Position numbers and translations under genes: made by a program. This document shows, piece after piece, positions 27,531 through 42,949 of a stretch of DNA of 64,000 bases; position 1 is the first letter of the stretch; each line of letters opens with the position of its first letter. Origin of the DNA: the human T2T-CHM13v2.0 reference genome, Homo sapiens; the NCBI RefSeq assembly GCF_009914755.1, contig NC_060929.1; one strand, 5' to 3'. The notes under the pieces were generated by a model, which saw only the letters and a program-made list of their open reading frames with translations, was not told where the DNA came from and searched no databases.

Positions 27531-28591
27531 TTTGAAGTTTTTTAATCTACTGGGAATCGAGAAAACAATAACACAAGATGTAATTATGATGCCAAGATGG
27601 CTAAGGCATGAATCATGACAAATGAGGAATGAATAAAATGAAGTATTTTGAAATAATTTTGAAATGAGAAATTAAAAGATACCATGACTTCTTGGACATA
27701 GATGATAAGGCAGAGGATTATGTTAGACATTGATCTGAATTTTCAAGTTTAAATAAAAAAAAAATTCTGTCATTAACTAATACAGAAAGTTTGGAGTCAG
27801 AATTACTTACACAGGGAAGATGGATTTGGTTTAACATTTATCTGTATGAAAAAAATTTAAATGATGAAAATATTTTCCAACCCATGATACAACTGTACAT
27901 CCAGACCTCAACTTTATGTTAATAATAATATTAACAAACAAATTAATACTGTATAACGTTATAAAATAAGTATATGAAATCCATTAGATTTTATTGCTAC
28001 TGGAGAGTATGCGTTCAAGAAATTCAAGCATATGTTAATACCTTAGAAGCACCTAATAAATCTAAAAATGTGTTCCCTTTTAGGTGTTTTATTGATCTTA
28101 AAACAAAATCCACTTATTTTAAAACAAAATCTGTTTATTTTCTTATTAGCAGTAATTATACATCTTTGATATCATGTCTCCTAGATATACATATAGATAT
28201 AGATAAAATCAAAATTGGATATACTAAAATTATGTTTAATATATAACACTAAAATGTATTTTCTGTCAATATCCTGGTTACCATTTTGTTAGGTTTGAAC
28301 TGCTCTTTTTTGTATTTTCAGAGCCCATTTTTTTAAATTTAGTTAGCAATGTTTAGTTAACAACATTATTGTTTTTCATATTTCTCTCTTTAAAATGATA
28401 TCAAAATAAAATCATATTTTAGTGCTTGTTGAAATGTTAGGTTTCCTAGTTGAATATCTGACACTGAAATTCTCCAACCAGAAAGGGGGAAATTGTGTTT
28501 GTATATAATTAAATATAAGTAGGGAGAGAAAAAAAAAAGAAAAGAAATTAAAATAGGTTTTGAAATTTCTAAAGCCCTGTGTTTTTCCTAG

Positions 28592-28687
28592 ATTCTTCTT
28601 CCTGACTATTCCTGTGTGAAATCAAACATACATCCTGTGGAGACAAGAAGTCCTAAGAAGCCTCTCTCGATTATGTCTTTGGCTACG
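28592..28687 (+). other. Candidate 96-nt internal exon of a plus-strand transcript
   Basis: Acceptor ctgtgtttttcctag| and donor ACG|GTACGT; unique sequence; open in phase 0 (ILLPDYSCVKSNIHPVETRSPKKPLSIMSLAT). Confidence 0.45.
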
Positions 28688-29999
28688 GTACGTCATTTAT
28701 TTGATCCTGCAACTCAGACTGACTTTAAATAATATAATTAAGCAATTCTGAAATGACCTCATTTTAAAGAAGCCCACAGACATCTAATCTTCAAAAACGT
28801 TAAATTGAAAAATAATAAAAAAATGAAGGCAGTGGGCAAATAAAGGTCATTTTCCTTTTTTAGTGATATTATCCACTCAGCATTGTATCAGATCATCTAA
28901 GCCAAAGTCCCAAGACAACTCCTGAAAAATAATAAAATCTTGAAGTAGGGAGAGATGGGTAAGTGCACCTCATCGTAATACAATGCAGAATAAAGGCATT
29001 AAACATGAGCTAACATAATACAAACCCAGTACAAGGGTGTCTGTTGTAGCATCATTCTATTCAATGCTAGAGTAAGCGTACTGGATTTTACTTGAACATG
29101 ACAATACACAGGACTATGCTCCTTTGAGATCTCTGAGGGCTTTACATGATAAATAGCCCATTCAAAGTCAGCATACTTATATCAAGGGCACCCAAGGATA
29201 GGCATAGTTTCTGATAAACGGCCAAGCAAATTTCATTCCATTTGCAATAAAAAAGATTATAGGAAACTTTTAAGGGATACTGGAAATCACTGCATTACAA
29301 AATAACAGTTTTTAGAATGTCAAATTTCCTTACTGTTGCTTAAGTCAAATCTATGAGTCCTGGGTAATGAAGACCTGTCTAAATATAATCATGCATGAGG
29401 ATAATCAAGAGAGTTTTATTTTGCTATAAGCGCTTCATGATTAAAGTAATGTGTGATTTGAAAAAAAAAAAGACAATTTGAAGCAAAATGAATAGAAATA
29501 CAGCCCAGAAATAAAGAGAAATATTAGCTGTACAAAAACATCTAAGACTATAATGAAGAACACTTGGAGAAAAGAAGGCTTAATTGAGACAATAAGGACA
29601 TTCTTTTAAGTTTTTTCATGTGGAATAAGCATCCAACTAGGTCTGCTTGGATTCAAAGTGCAAAATGATACCCAATAGGTAGAAGTTACAGATTAAAGTC
29701 GACCTTCCAACACCTAAGTGGAATAATCAAAAGATAAAATCATTTGCATGAAGATACAAAAACATCTAGAAGTGCCATATATATATATATGAGATATATA
29801 CAGATAGATATACATAGATATATACACACACATATATTTGAAACTGAACAGCTTCAGACCTGCAGAATGGTAAAATGACAAGAATTGTTTTTCTGCTAAT
29901 ATCAGGCCAATGATGTACATACCATGCCAATTCTCATTTGCTTGACAGCTCCAATTTGAAAGCAATTCAAATGATTCCTGATATCCCTTATTTTTATCA

Positions 30000-31240
30000 T
30001 CCTTATTTAATTATTATTTGCAGAACATGAAATCTACTCATTCTAAAAGTATAATGCAATGAGTTTAAATAAGTTCACACATTTGTACAATTATCACCAC
30101 AATCCAATTTTAAAACATTCACTTCATCCCAGTAAGATCCTTGGTGCCAATTTGCTGTCAGTTTGTCCTTAATCCAACCCCAACCGCAGGTAACCACCTA
30201 TCTGTCTTTATAGGTTTGCCTTTCTAGACATTTAATATAAATGGAATTGTATGATATGTTAACATTTGTGCCTGGATTCTTTAAATTAGCATCGTATTTT
30301 TGAGCCTCATCTGTATTCATTCCATTTGTATTGTTGTATAGTATTCATTGCTTGGATGTACGTAGTATTGCATTGCTTGGATATTGCTCCCATGTTCTGT
30401 TCATCCATTTACTAGTTAATAAACACTTGGATTGTTTCCACTTTTTGACTCTTATGAATAAGGCTGCTGTGTCATATCCAAGCCTCTCTGTGAGGACAGA
30501 TTTTTTTATTTTCTTGGGACAGTTTCTTGGAACGGGATCATTGAGTTTTAAGGTAAGCTGGTAATCATTTTTTTAAAAAGAAACTGCCATACTGTTGATC
30601 AAAGTGCCAGTTTACTTTTCCTTCAGCAATGTAAGAGGATTCCAGTTGCCATATGCCAATGCCAACATTTTGTATTGTCTGTCATTTTCATTACAACCAT
30701 TCTAGTGGGACAAAGTAATATTTTATCATGTTTTAATTGGCATTTCTCTACTAATCTTTTCATGTGATTATTATCCATTTATATATCTGTTTTGGTGAAA
30801 CATTGAAGTTTTGCTCATTTTTAATTGGAATTTGGCTTATCATTGTAAGAGTTCTGTGCATATTGTGAAAATTAAGAGAAATGTGGTTCGCTAATATTTT
30901 CTCCCAGTCTTAATTTTCTTAATAATGACTTTTGAAGTGCTAAAGTGTTCTCTTTGATTACTTTTTAAAAACATGGTTTGTTCTTTTGGTACTATATCTG
31001 AGGAATTTTACCCCAACTCAAGGTCACAAATATATTCTCCTATATTTTCTTCTAAATGTTTTATTGTTTTAGATATTACATTTAGGGGTATGATCTATTA
31101 CTAAATAAATTTTTGTATTATATGAAAAAAGTACTAAATTCATCTTTTTTCATAAAGATATCTAATTTTCCCAGCACCACTTGCTAAAAAAAAAGTTTTT
31201 TTTCATTGAATTGCCTTGGCACCTTTATAGAAAATCAGTT
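30000..31240 (-). mobile_element. L1 3' fragment (L1MB/ME-like)
   Basis: Antisense L1 3'UTR/ORF2 end: caattatcaccacaatccaatttt; ttggattgtttccactttttg; ttttcccagcaccacttgc...ttgccttggcacctt. Confidence 0.85.
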
Positions 31241-32852
31241 CAAGTAGAAGATGACAAATTCTACAGACTATGAATATCTTGGCATCATTTTTTCCTAAAA
31301 ATAAGCCAGAGATAACAGGGAACAAATGAAGAAAATTAATGAGGCAGGAATATTCTCTTTCTGATATCCATAGCTCCTCTAATGGCACAGTAACCTGAGA
31401 TTTGTATAAAAGCCTGCCAAATCAAAATTCAATGTTTAGTTATTTGACATTAACTCTTTGGTTGTGAGAACAGAAAAATTACTTAAATTTTTATGTTTTT
31501 GCAACAAGCCTTGTTCTTTTTCAATATGCTTTTTGAAAATACTTAGTTGGAAGCTTTTCTTATCTCTTTGTTTTTATTTTTATTTTTTTGCTATTGCGGT
31601 GTTTTAGAATACTTTTATTAAAGTATCTGAGTTCTTTCTATATTTCACTATATTTCCTTACTGCACTTACCATTTAGTAGGTTAATTATGTGTTGACACA
31701 GTTTGGGATAAGAGCTGTAGTCCATATGGTAATAGGAGGACAGGATCTATCAGAGAGAGCTTTTTAAAATAGTTTTGCTAAGAGCTGTTACTTATGGTTG
31801 CCAAATGAGAGATACTACTCAACTTAAGATATTCTTCAGGGAGTAGAGGGTGACCTTTAATATTACAGGTGAGAAAGCTGAGTCTGAACTACTATTATAG
31901 CAGCTTAATGGTTCCCAGTGGGAGATAGTTACAGGATTTACTTCTTACATCCTAACTGGGGAAAAGTCATGCTTGCACCCATGTTGTGTATAAAGAACTC
32001 TTTTGGAATAAGCCATTTGCTGTTGTAGAGTGTAAATTAAATATCATGCAAAAAGTAGACTACAGAGAGAAGTAAAAGGTTTCTTTGGCTGAAATTGTAG
32101 AATTATAAACACAAAGGGAATAAAAATTTTCATGGGAAGTAAAATGTGAGAAATAAATTAGTAAATATCCCAAATAATGCTATAGGAAAATGTGAAAATA
32201 AAGGAAAGAAAAAAAACAGAAGTAAGAAAAATGAATATAGAAACAAAAGAATGACAGCTATAATGTTTGCTTATGACCCACTCTGGCTATAATCAGTTGA
32301 GTGTTGTCCAGAGCAGAGAAACCAATAGCCCCCTAACTTACAAGTTTCATTGGCTGAAATCCTGGTATTCTAAACACCAGGAAAATATAAGTTTGCATGA
32401 GAAATCAAATGTAAGAGATAAATCAGTTAATATCCCAAATAATTATATAGAAAAATGAGAAAATAAAATAAAAAAACAAAGAATAAAAGTGAAAAATGAA
32501 CATATATCTGACCTAAGAAATCATGAGCCAGATGGATGAATGATTTTTACTTTAAGCCCCTAGAGTTTGAGAAGATTTGGTATGCACCAAATGCTAACGT
32601 TAGTTTCTAATTTTCAGTAAATATAAGAGGATATTGTAGATATTTTTAAAGCAGATGTTCACCCACTTATACATTGAATTTGAGAAATTATCATTTTTAA
32701 AATTATGTCTATACTCGATAACTTGATTGAAGATTTTCATATTGATTGAGTGGTGACAATATACCAACAATATACTAAGAACAAAAAATAGTACTTTGTT
32801 AAGAACACTTTTAGCTCCAGTCTACATAGGACCAACAATTATTTCATCTATC

Positions 32853-33159
<307 letters not shown>

Positions 33160-34659
33160 AATTATTTCGCAATAATAACTAAGCAATCATGAAATTTTGT
33201 GTACACTTAAAATTGGTTTGCAGAAAAATTTTCATTGGCAGGCTTTAAATATATAATAACTACATGCCACATTGCTCTTTTTTGTAATTTTGAAATATTA
33301 ATTAGCTTCAGCCTGAATCTATATTGTCATCATTTTGCTTAATCATATCTAGATGCTCGTATTAGAAGAGGAAATTATTACTTGAAGTTTTTCAGCCACT
33401 TAGAAGAATTGTATGCATTGGGGAAAATTGTACTTGCAGTTAGAGGGAGTGGTAAAAAATGACAGTGTGTATTGAGCCTACCAGTTATTTTAGATGTGTA
33501 GAATAGCATCAAAACAAATCCTCTCATTGTGTATTATGAAATAGTGGTTATATTTTTTTCAAGTCTGATCACGTTCAGTTTAGATTTGTACATCAGCAAT
33601 AAATCACCTTCCTTAGAATGTATCTTTTCCTTTCATTTTCTTACACTATCTACATTCTCTCAGAAGTGCCTCTTTGAAAATCATTTTCAACCTTTTGAAT
33701 TTTAAGATAGATTGTACTAATCAGCTATTAGATATCTTAAAATACTTGTGGAATAGAATAACTTTAGGAAAATAAGATGAAAGAGAAATAAGGAGAAAGA
33801 GAACAAGAAGAGAACAAAAACTAAAAATAAGCCATTTATTTTGGTAGCATTTTAATAAGAAATATAGTTGATGGCTAATTAAACTTTCATAATCTATTAT
33901 CAAAGTAATAAAAGTAAAATGAGCAAGAAGACAGGGATGTGAGGAAAGAGGAGAGTTCCTAAAAGTGTGTAAGTCAATATAGATATCTACTGATTTTCAT
34001 TTGTTTGTATTTATGTTTTGAACAGATAATACAAGTATTTAATGCTCTATTGTAAATGCACAAAATATTATGCAAAGAAAGAACATTTTATTCTATCTCC
34101 TAATATGCAGGTTTCTCTCCCAAAAAGCAGCCCGTGTCACTATCTTTGATACTATTTCTTATAGAGATATCTCAATTCTTGTAGTTCAGATTTTCTCCTT
34201 ATCTGTTCAGAGGATAGTTTTCTGTGCCAAAGAAGCCAAACTTATGTTTTTTTCAGTAGGATTCTTTGGGACAAAAAAAATCATAGGAGTTCTATGTTTT
34301 TCATCTCATAGAGAAAAGAAAATATTCATTTCTCTAACACCCTCTATGTTTATAAAATCTATATAGCAAGTGTTCCAGAGCCTTACAAAGGAATCTATAT
34401 CACTCTGGTCATTCAATTTTTGACCTCAAGAGTAAAAGAGTCCTGGAAGCTTTCAAAATAAGCTCTCCCATGAAGTGAATTGTAAGACTTTCCAGTTTTG
34501 AGTCAATTACCTTGAATAGTTTCTCTTGGTTTTGAAAAACAAATGCTGAAAATGAAATATTTTATATATTACATCTAATGAATGAAGTCATTTTTATTCG
34601 ACTTTTATAGAGATTCATGAAATTCTTCTTTTTAATTTGTAGGCAAATTGTTCCAAGCC

Positions 34660-35010
34660 ATTATTTCCCCAGCTGTCAGATGATTATTCATCCCGGCCCA
34701 CAGCCATGCAACACCCAAGGCTCCTCTGGAAGGCATCAACCCTGCCATGCCTTTGACATCGGACTCGGCCATGTGACTTTGTGGGCCAGTGGTATATGAA
34801 TTGGACTTATATGACCTGAATTCAAGTTGGCACTTCAAGGGCTATCACATGTATTTGTCCTTGGTCTGCTTCCTCATGAAAATCACAATATTTCCCACAT
34901 AGAGACTATTTATTCAGTTAGATTTCTGGTTTGTAGACACAGAACAAAGTTGGAGTCAACTCAGGGGTGACAATAAATTCTAGATATAAGTCACTGAAAT
35001 GTTGGTACTT
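34660..35010 (+). mobile_element. Old MaLR LTR (MLT1-type) fragment
   Basis: gacatcggactcggccatgtgactttgtgggccagtgg is typical of MLT1. Confidence 0.55.
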
Positions 35011-36769
35011 CTTTTAGAACAATAAAAAATGGCAAAAATTTACTGATGAAAAGTACTAAAAAAGCCATGTGGTCTCTAGAAAATTGCTTTTGCATATTTT
35101 AAATGATATTGGTTTTATGGGTCACTATGCATCAATTAGGATTTTTTGTCAATATGACACTTTTTTATATAAGCAAATAAAAATATGGTAACATCCAGGG
35201 GTAAATATGAGTCCATTAAAACCAATATACCGGAAAGATCTATTTTACTGAGTTTTTTAAATACATTTTGAAGGGCATGTTAAAATCATGCTTGCTGATT
35301 ATATTGAGGAATTTGCCAAGTCCTATTCTATAATTGTAAGTTTTATTAAGAAATATGAGCTGATGCTATTGCATTCAACTATTTTTATAGCTAACAACAA
35401 TTTCCAAGTAGAGTTAATTAATAAGATCAATCTGAATAGAAATCAATGATGGAAGAACACAAGCATCATCATACACCTTCTGTTATTTCACATATTTATC
35501 AATAAATATTTACTATTTCCCTACGTCTGTGTTGTTACAGCTATGATTAGTTTAGCTAAGTATGCTAATGTATATTTAGGTGACCCTAAACTTTGTGTGT
35601 ATGCATGAGGTGTAAGTGTCACAGTTAGTGACACTCAAACTATTTGGAGATGAAATGATTGAATATGTACCAGAGAGACCACAAATTTGTCAGTTTGCTT
35701 ATACCTCCAACAAACCACTAAGTGGTCAATCCGTTAAGTTTTACAGTAGCATCTGGGCAGGTGTTTTGGAGTTCACTCACATTTTTCTATAGGACAGAAG
35801 GGCAAGAACTACAGATAGAACCACCGAATAAGAAAGAGACTAGGGGAAAAGAAGATTCTGACTGTGTGGCTCTTGCCTTTAGATGCCAAAGAATGGATCA
35901 CAGACTAATTCAGATGGGTGTATATCCTCAAATTCCTACCAAGACCAAGACATTAGTAACGCTAGTTACGATGTTCAAATGCCTGGTGTCACATCCTATC
36001 ACATGGTAGTCACTGGGAATAGATTGACCATGGATGGCCCATTGCTTCCCTGTTGTTCTTTCTTCCTTTTGCACTCAGAAGCTTGCTTGGGGGGTGGTTG
36101 GCAGGGGCCTGGGGGGTGAACAAGGAGGCCTTGGAAGAAGGAAAATAATTATGATACAAAGTTTGAACTTTTCTTGACGGAGTTGGTGAGTATAGATAAC
36201 TTGATTGTGCAAAATTAAATCACACCCATTGCTCTCTTTCCTAGCCACACCAACCTGCTCCAGAAAAGAAAAGTAAGTTCCTGTGTTAGTCAAGCATACT
36301 GCATGAAAAACAGATACATTTATACATAATCACATTTTTACAATAAAAGTGAATCTAGCACACAATAAATATTTTGGTGGCCTACTCTGTGTGAGAAATT
36401 ATGAACACAGTTTCTTCACATAGATTAAACTGATTTTTTTTTCAATCAGTAAATACTTATTGAAGATCTTACATATCTATTCTGGGATATTAGTTGGCCT
36501 ATCATAGGCACTCCCTCAGAGGACAGTCTCAAACTCATTTCTCTTTCTTCCTTGGTCTGTTGCTCACTATTAGGAAATAGTCTGAACAATATATTAATGT
36601 ATTTTGTGGATAAAAGTTTCTATCTCTCCTAGCACTTTCTGCATTAAATTAAATAGCACAGCTAGTCATAATGATAATGGGATTTAATTGGCAAGAATAA
36701 GCAGAAGTGGGTTATTATCAGTTAGAGTGCCCCATACATATATTTCTTAAAAGTGTCAGTAATCCTCTC

Positions 36770-37123
36770 TGTAGTGGGTGAGGTAGAGCATTATTGGGAT
36801 ACTCAAGCCGGGAAACACCTTCAGAAGTAAATTATCTGTCCAATGGACAGTCCACATGCAGTGACTGGCTGATGCAAAGGTATGAGAGTCTGATTTACTT
36901 GCCTTCATTGATTTATTCCTGAAGAGTAATTCCAGGTTCTGATTTTTTTGTTCTTTGTGTGCTCTGCTGAGACTTTTGGTGCAATTGCATTGCAATTCAA
37001 CTTCTCCCTCTGCCCAATCCTATCTTATTTACTCACCAACAGGGCTTGAACTTGAGACTACCTTCCGATAAACTTCTTGTATGCAAATCTCTGCCTCACT
37101 GTCTGCTTTCCAAGAACCTAAGA
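36770..37123 (+). mobile_element. LTR16-type (ERVL) solo LTR
   Basis: aacttctccctctgcccaatcc...ataaacttcttgtatgcaaatctctgcctcactgtctgctttccaagaacc matches the LTR16 3' end. Confidence 0.7.
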
Positions 37124-37139
37124 CTGACCCTCAATTTCC

Positions 37140-37141
<2 letters not shown>

Positions 37142-37174
<33 letters not shown>

Positions 37175-37183
37175 CACACACAC
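37142..37183. repeat. (CA)n microsatellite
   Basis: CA run with one interruption. Confidence 0.95.
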
Positions 37184-38394
37184 AATAGGTTATCTTCAGG
37201 CAAGAAAATTTATTTGCGAGGTGAGGGGGATGTGCAATTGCTATTCTCAGACAGATTTTAGCAGACAGAAGATATTGACCTACTGTTTTCCCTTCTGATT
37301 TTAGTATGATACCATTTCTAATCCTTATCATTTAGTATGGTCTTATAGGCTTTAGACAATGATTCACACAAGACAGTCTATCAAGGCCTATGCACAGTTT
37401 TACAGGCCTCATTTCAATGATCCATGATAACTAGGATTTTAAGTTGGGGGAGTTATACTTGAATCCCTGCTGCTCTGTGGGCTTATGTGCTTGCTTATTT
37501 CAACTTTGAATTATTTAAGGTAAACTAAAATGCTATGAAATAGAAGCCAAAATATATAGTGCTTCACATACAATAAAATATTATTTCTTTCTTGGCAATT
37601 TTCAAAATGTGGCTTCCAGGATCACAGCAGGCCTCATCATACCAATCAGTGGAATGGGGAAAAGGGTATGCCAGAGAATGCTGGAAAATGATCATGCACT
37701 AGGCCAATAGTTGAACTACACACCTCTCCTTAAATGCCATTGAATAAAATGTTGCTACATGGATGTGCCTAATTCTAGGGCAAGTGTCTAGGAGAAAGGG
37801 GATAAAAGATATTTGTGAATAACTACTACTTCTGCCACACAACTATACCTGCTAACATTGAGTTGTGTTAATGAGCAGTTCATTAATTTAGAAGAATCTT
37901 GAAGAGTAAACACAAAGAAGTTGTCAAATTGGAGCAGGGACAAATGGCAATCACCAATGTACTTTCAGTGTCTGTTATCATAATGCAGAAATATTATGTG
38001 CTAATATATTTTGAAAATTTGTGGCAAAATGAGCACTTAACTTCAAGCCTGCTGCCTTAAATGGACAAAGACCTTAAATTATTGCTCCTTTCCTTCAATT
38101 AGCCAATAAAACAAGTATATACTCTTACAATTCTAGATAATTTACAATTATAATTATCATTTCTGTGGAATGTAGAGTACAAAGAGGCCTGAGGTAGCTT
38201 GGAACTACTTTCCTTTGAGCATTATTTAAAGTATGTATTAAAAGGGCACATGCTTTGATCTGCTACTGTGTGATGGCTTAAGGCTACAGCAGATTTGCTA
38301 GAAAGTAGAAAAAACAAAGGTATCATCTTATAGTAAGCCTGAAAAGAAGGTGACTATTTTAAACAATACTGTCAAGAGTTTTGGAAAGTGAAAC

Positions 38395-38610
38395 ATATTT
38401 TTTGTATTGTGGTTAAGAAAACACATAACAGAAAAATACATAACATAAAATGGTTAAATTCTTAATCATTTTTATATGTAGGGTCAAGTAGTGTTAAGTA
38501 GGTTCACATTGTTGTTTGTGCAATCAATTTTCAGAAATGTTTTTGTCTTGCAAAGCTAAAAGTACAACCATTAAATGACAACTCCCCACTTCCTTGTCTC
38601 AAAAAGCCTA
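38395..38610 (-). mobile_element. L1MB-like 3' end fragment
   Basis: tattgtggttaagaaaacacataac...gtagtgttaagtaggttcacattgttg...aactccccacttcc. Confidence 0.7.
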
Positions 38611-39019
38611 TGACTCCCATGCTCACTATAGAGAAACTGTCTTAAGTCAATAAGACTTATACGTAACGCTGTACTTGTTTCCGTATGTCAAAATCTCTGT
38701 GAAGAGTCAGTGACTTTCACATCTCCCCTTTAAGGCTGTTGATTTATATGAGCAGGCTAATCCAATCCTATACTCTTGTCCTTGTTTAGATATTCTGCAT
38801 ACCCACTGGAAGAAAAAAAATCTGTGAGTGGCTTTTTTTGACTTAATGTTAATTCATTTTAGTCAATTTTGTGAAAAGCTTCCTCAATTTTTAGTCTCCA
38901 TTCATATTTTCCTTCTCAGAATCACTGTTATGCTCCTGTCTTAGTCCATCAGGAGATTTTTAAACAGAATATTTTAATAATATAGAAATATATGTTTATG
39001 CATTTGCTAGGCACTTTGA

Positions 39020-39334
39020 TTTTTTTATTTTAATTTTAATTTTTTTTTTTGAGATGGAGTCTCGCTGTGTCGCCCAGGCTGGAGTGCAGTGGCCCCATCT
39101 CGGCTCACTGCAAGCTCCTAGGTTCACGCCATTCTCCTGCCTCAGCCTCCCTAGTAGATGGGACTACAGGAGCCTGCCACCATGCCCGGCTAATTTTTAT
39201 TTATTTATTTATTTTTAGTAGAGACAGGGTTTCACTGTGTTAGCCAGGATGATCTTGATCTCCTGACCTCGTGATCCACCCGCCTCAGCCTCCCAAAGTT
39301 CTGGGATTACAGGCATGAGCCACCATGCTGAGCC
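39020..39334 (-). mobile_element. Alu SINE (AluY-like, small internal deletion)
   Basis: ctgcaagctcc, ttcacgccattctcc, ttagccaggatg, gacctcgtgatcc diagnostics. Confidence 0.93.
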
Positions 39335-39507
39335 TGATTTATTTTTAAATAGTGAAAGGTAATGAAATCTATAGGACAAATTTAATTTACATGAAATAAA
39401 ATGTTGACTCTAATGATAACACACAGATATGTGCTTCTCTTCTCATCTGTGCTTCTCACTTACTTCTTACTTTTCTCCTAGTTTCTCCACATTCACATAT
39501 TTTGACG

Positions 39508-39812
39508 CAGAATACTTGAGACTATGTAATTTATAATAAATAGAAATTTATTAGCTCACAGTTCTGGAGGCTGGGAAGTCCAAGATCAAAGCCAGTAACC
39601 AGTAAAAACCTTCTTGCTATATTAACGCATGGCAGAAAGCAGAAAGGCAAAAGGGCTGATTCCCAAAAGCCTTTAATTAAGGAATTAAATCTACCCAGGA
39701 GCATAAAGCCCTCATGGCTATAATGACTTGTCAAATGTCCTACCTCCCAATAATTTTACAATAGCAATTAAATTTCAACATGAATCTTGGAGGGGATATT
39801 CAAACTATAGTA
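39508..39812 (-). mobile_element. MaLR LTR (MST-type)
   Basis: aatttattagctcacagttctggaggctgggaagtccaagatcaa...gcaattaaatttcaacatga...tattcaaactatag. Confidence 0.85.
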
Positions 39813-39965
39813 GGCCTCAAACTCACAATTCATAAATTTGGATGAAGTTATCCCATTTCTAAATTTTATGAAACAGAGTTGTAATGGGGAACCCATTTTC
39901 TGCACTGGTACCTTGTATATTACTAAGCATGCATAATATAAATGGGTTTTAGAAATATTGTAAAA

Positions 39966-40294
<329 letters not shown>

Positions 40295-42949
40295 CTAGTG
40301 CCATGACAAAATAGCAGAGCCAGAAGTCATATATATGAAACCAAAAGCCTGGCTATGCAATGTTTGTCCAATTATTAGTCATAAAAATTATAATAGGAGA
40401 ATTTATTTCTCATAGAGGCCTGATGAAAATAGACACTCTCTTCTGTCAGAAACATGATAAAGCCCCCAAATTTTACAGCTTATGTATAAAACATATTGTT
40501 AAATTTGTCCTGATTTTGACACAAATCCTAAGATACTAGTGCCTTTACATAAAGATAGTTCTTAATATAACTATCCAACCAGAAAACAGATAATATTTTT
40601 ATTATTTTAAATACAACTATATTAAAGCATTGTTTTGTGAAGAAGTGATGAGAAATTATTCAGATATGCATTTAGGGGAAAAATATTATTAGAGAGTAAT
40701 GTGACAGGTAGATGATTCATTAGCTTCTAATTTTCCTAGATTTTTTAACTTTAAAAAATTTGTTGAGTTTTTTTTTCTCCTTCTACATAAACATCCACTT
40801 ACCTTGCCTAGTGTTATATCTGTAATTTTGTTTTCTTTTTCTTATACAAGTATCTCCAATTTTAAAATATATTTTGCCATAATATCTGGATTTGTACTAA
40901 TTTAGGAGTATATTGTTTCTTACTTTTTATTCCCTTTTGCTGTCAAAATTAGGCCCCTGAGATGATTTTTCCTTTTATGGCAGACACTGAAACAATTACA
41001 AAAAAATAAAGAAGAAACTTGACTTAGAGCAGAATGAACTGATTAAGAAGCAAAACTGAAAAGTGAATTTTTCTATTATCCATACTAAGCGATAGTTAAT
41101 ATGAGTAAGAAAATTGCCTGTCGGGAGAGAAAGGTGTGGAGAAAGGGATTTCTGCAAGAGAGATGAAGAAAGTTGAAAATGTCATTGCCAGGTTGTTCTT
41201 GAATGTGAACACTCCACTATTCCATCACCAGAAAGCCCTGGACTTGGACGTTTCTCCCAACAGAGAGAGGAGGTTTGTATTCAGTGATCATGTGGATGAT
41301 TCTTTCACAAATATTTATTCTCCTCTACCTCCTATTGCGTTTGGTGTTTACTTTCACAGGCCATTATGATTTGACCATATGAAATATCTCGGTAAACCCT
41401 TGAGTAAAAAGTCCATTTTTTTGAACTTTATTTTGAAAAAGTATCAATCAAACTAAAAACCGAGGAATCTTGAGTAAATGCCTTAAATGTAATTGGTCTG
41501 AGGCTTTTCATTGGGAAAATGAGGGAAGTTGGACAGTGTTATTCCATAGCCCTTTCCAGACCAAGAAATCCATGATTCTAAGTATTAATTCTGAGCACTT
41601 ACTGAGCATAGACTCATAGGTTCTATGTGGATATAAAATTCCTAACTCTAAAGAGTAACAGTATGGTTAGGGAAAAAAAAAGTTCTATATACAAGATAGT
41701 GAATACTATCAGTTAAAATATATTAAACAGACTACAAATTTCATTTGTGTTCTGAGAAGGGAAAGCTTTATGTAGGGTAAGATAAAAGAGTGAATCACAA
41801 GGAATAAAATTCCCTGCATTCATTTTAGGATAAAACAGGAATGCCTAATGGCGGAACAATGTCCCTTTGGCTGGCAGGAAGGATTCTTTACATTCGCCTT
41901 GAGTTGGCATCAGACCTGGAATTTTAAACATCACATTCAAACTGTGTTATTGATGTTTCTGCTTAATGAAGTGGCCGTTATTGAGAACCCTGCCTCTTGC
42001 AGGCAGAAATAACTAAAAAGGGTAAATTCAATTCCTATATTTGAATCAGTTATTATTTTTTCTTCCAGAACTTATTAGGCTAGCACATTGCTCAATAGGT
42101 TTAAAATAATGGGTTTCTCATTTTTTCTATGATGTGTATGTCATTAATTGTGAGCCCCTTCTCTATTGCCACTCTTTTCTAAGAACGTAAATAAAGGGAT
42201 ATTGACCATACTGAAAAGCTATTGATGGATGCTAATATTTTCACTATATCATTACTTATACGCAATGGAAAAGAAGCTTCTATGTTTTCTGTCAGGAAGT
42301 AGCATAAAATCTATACCGAGGGACTACTTTAGGGTACTAATAATGTTCATCAAAAAGAAATAAAAGAATATACGTTGTTGCCCGCGACTTTTTCATGTTA
42401 ATTTAATGGCTAAAATTTCCTTAAATATATAGTTGTAATGTTCACTTCTGTTCATTTCTGCCACATCATACAAAGGATTTTCCCCCCTAGGTCAGAAGTT
42501 TGAACTAAACTTGGTATTATCTTAAATGTTTGTAGTAGCCTTTAGAGGGAAGCCTGCCACTTTATTCACAGTGTGAGGTTGAGTACAAATGATGAGGAGC
42601 AGACAACTTTTAAACATGCGTAGATACTGACATAGTCAATGTTTTAGTTGTATGTAGGAGACTTCATAACACATAAATCCAAACCTTTTCTAGCTACAGA
42701 TTGAATAGGTGATATCAGTTAGACTGAGGACATCACATAAATTAAATTTTCTCTCCGTGTATTTTGTGAGACATCCCCACATTCGGATATTTGACAACCA
42801 AGTGCTCTTTTCCTGGATCCCATACTTTAAAGCAATTTATGTCCTATTAACACAATTTCTTTCCCCCATCTCTAAGCATGAATCAATTTAGTGTATTCTA
42901 TTTTTTAAATTGTTTCTTATCTCAGCTTTTATTGCTCTCATTTTTAATT

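Noticed and set aside
35615-35635. 8-bp inverted repeat agtgtcac-agtta-gtgacact
   Set aside because: Short enough to be expected by chance in 64 kb
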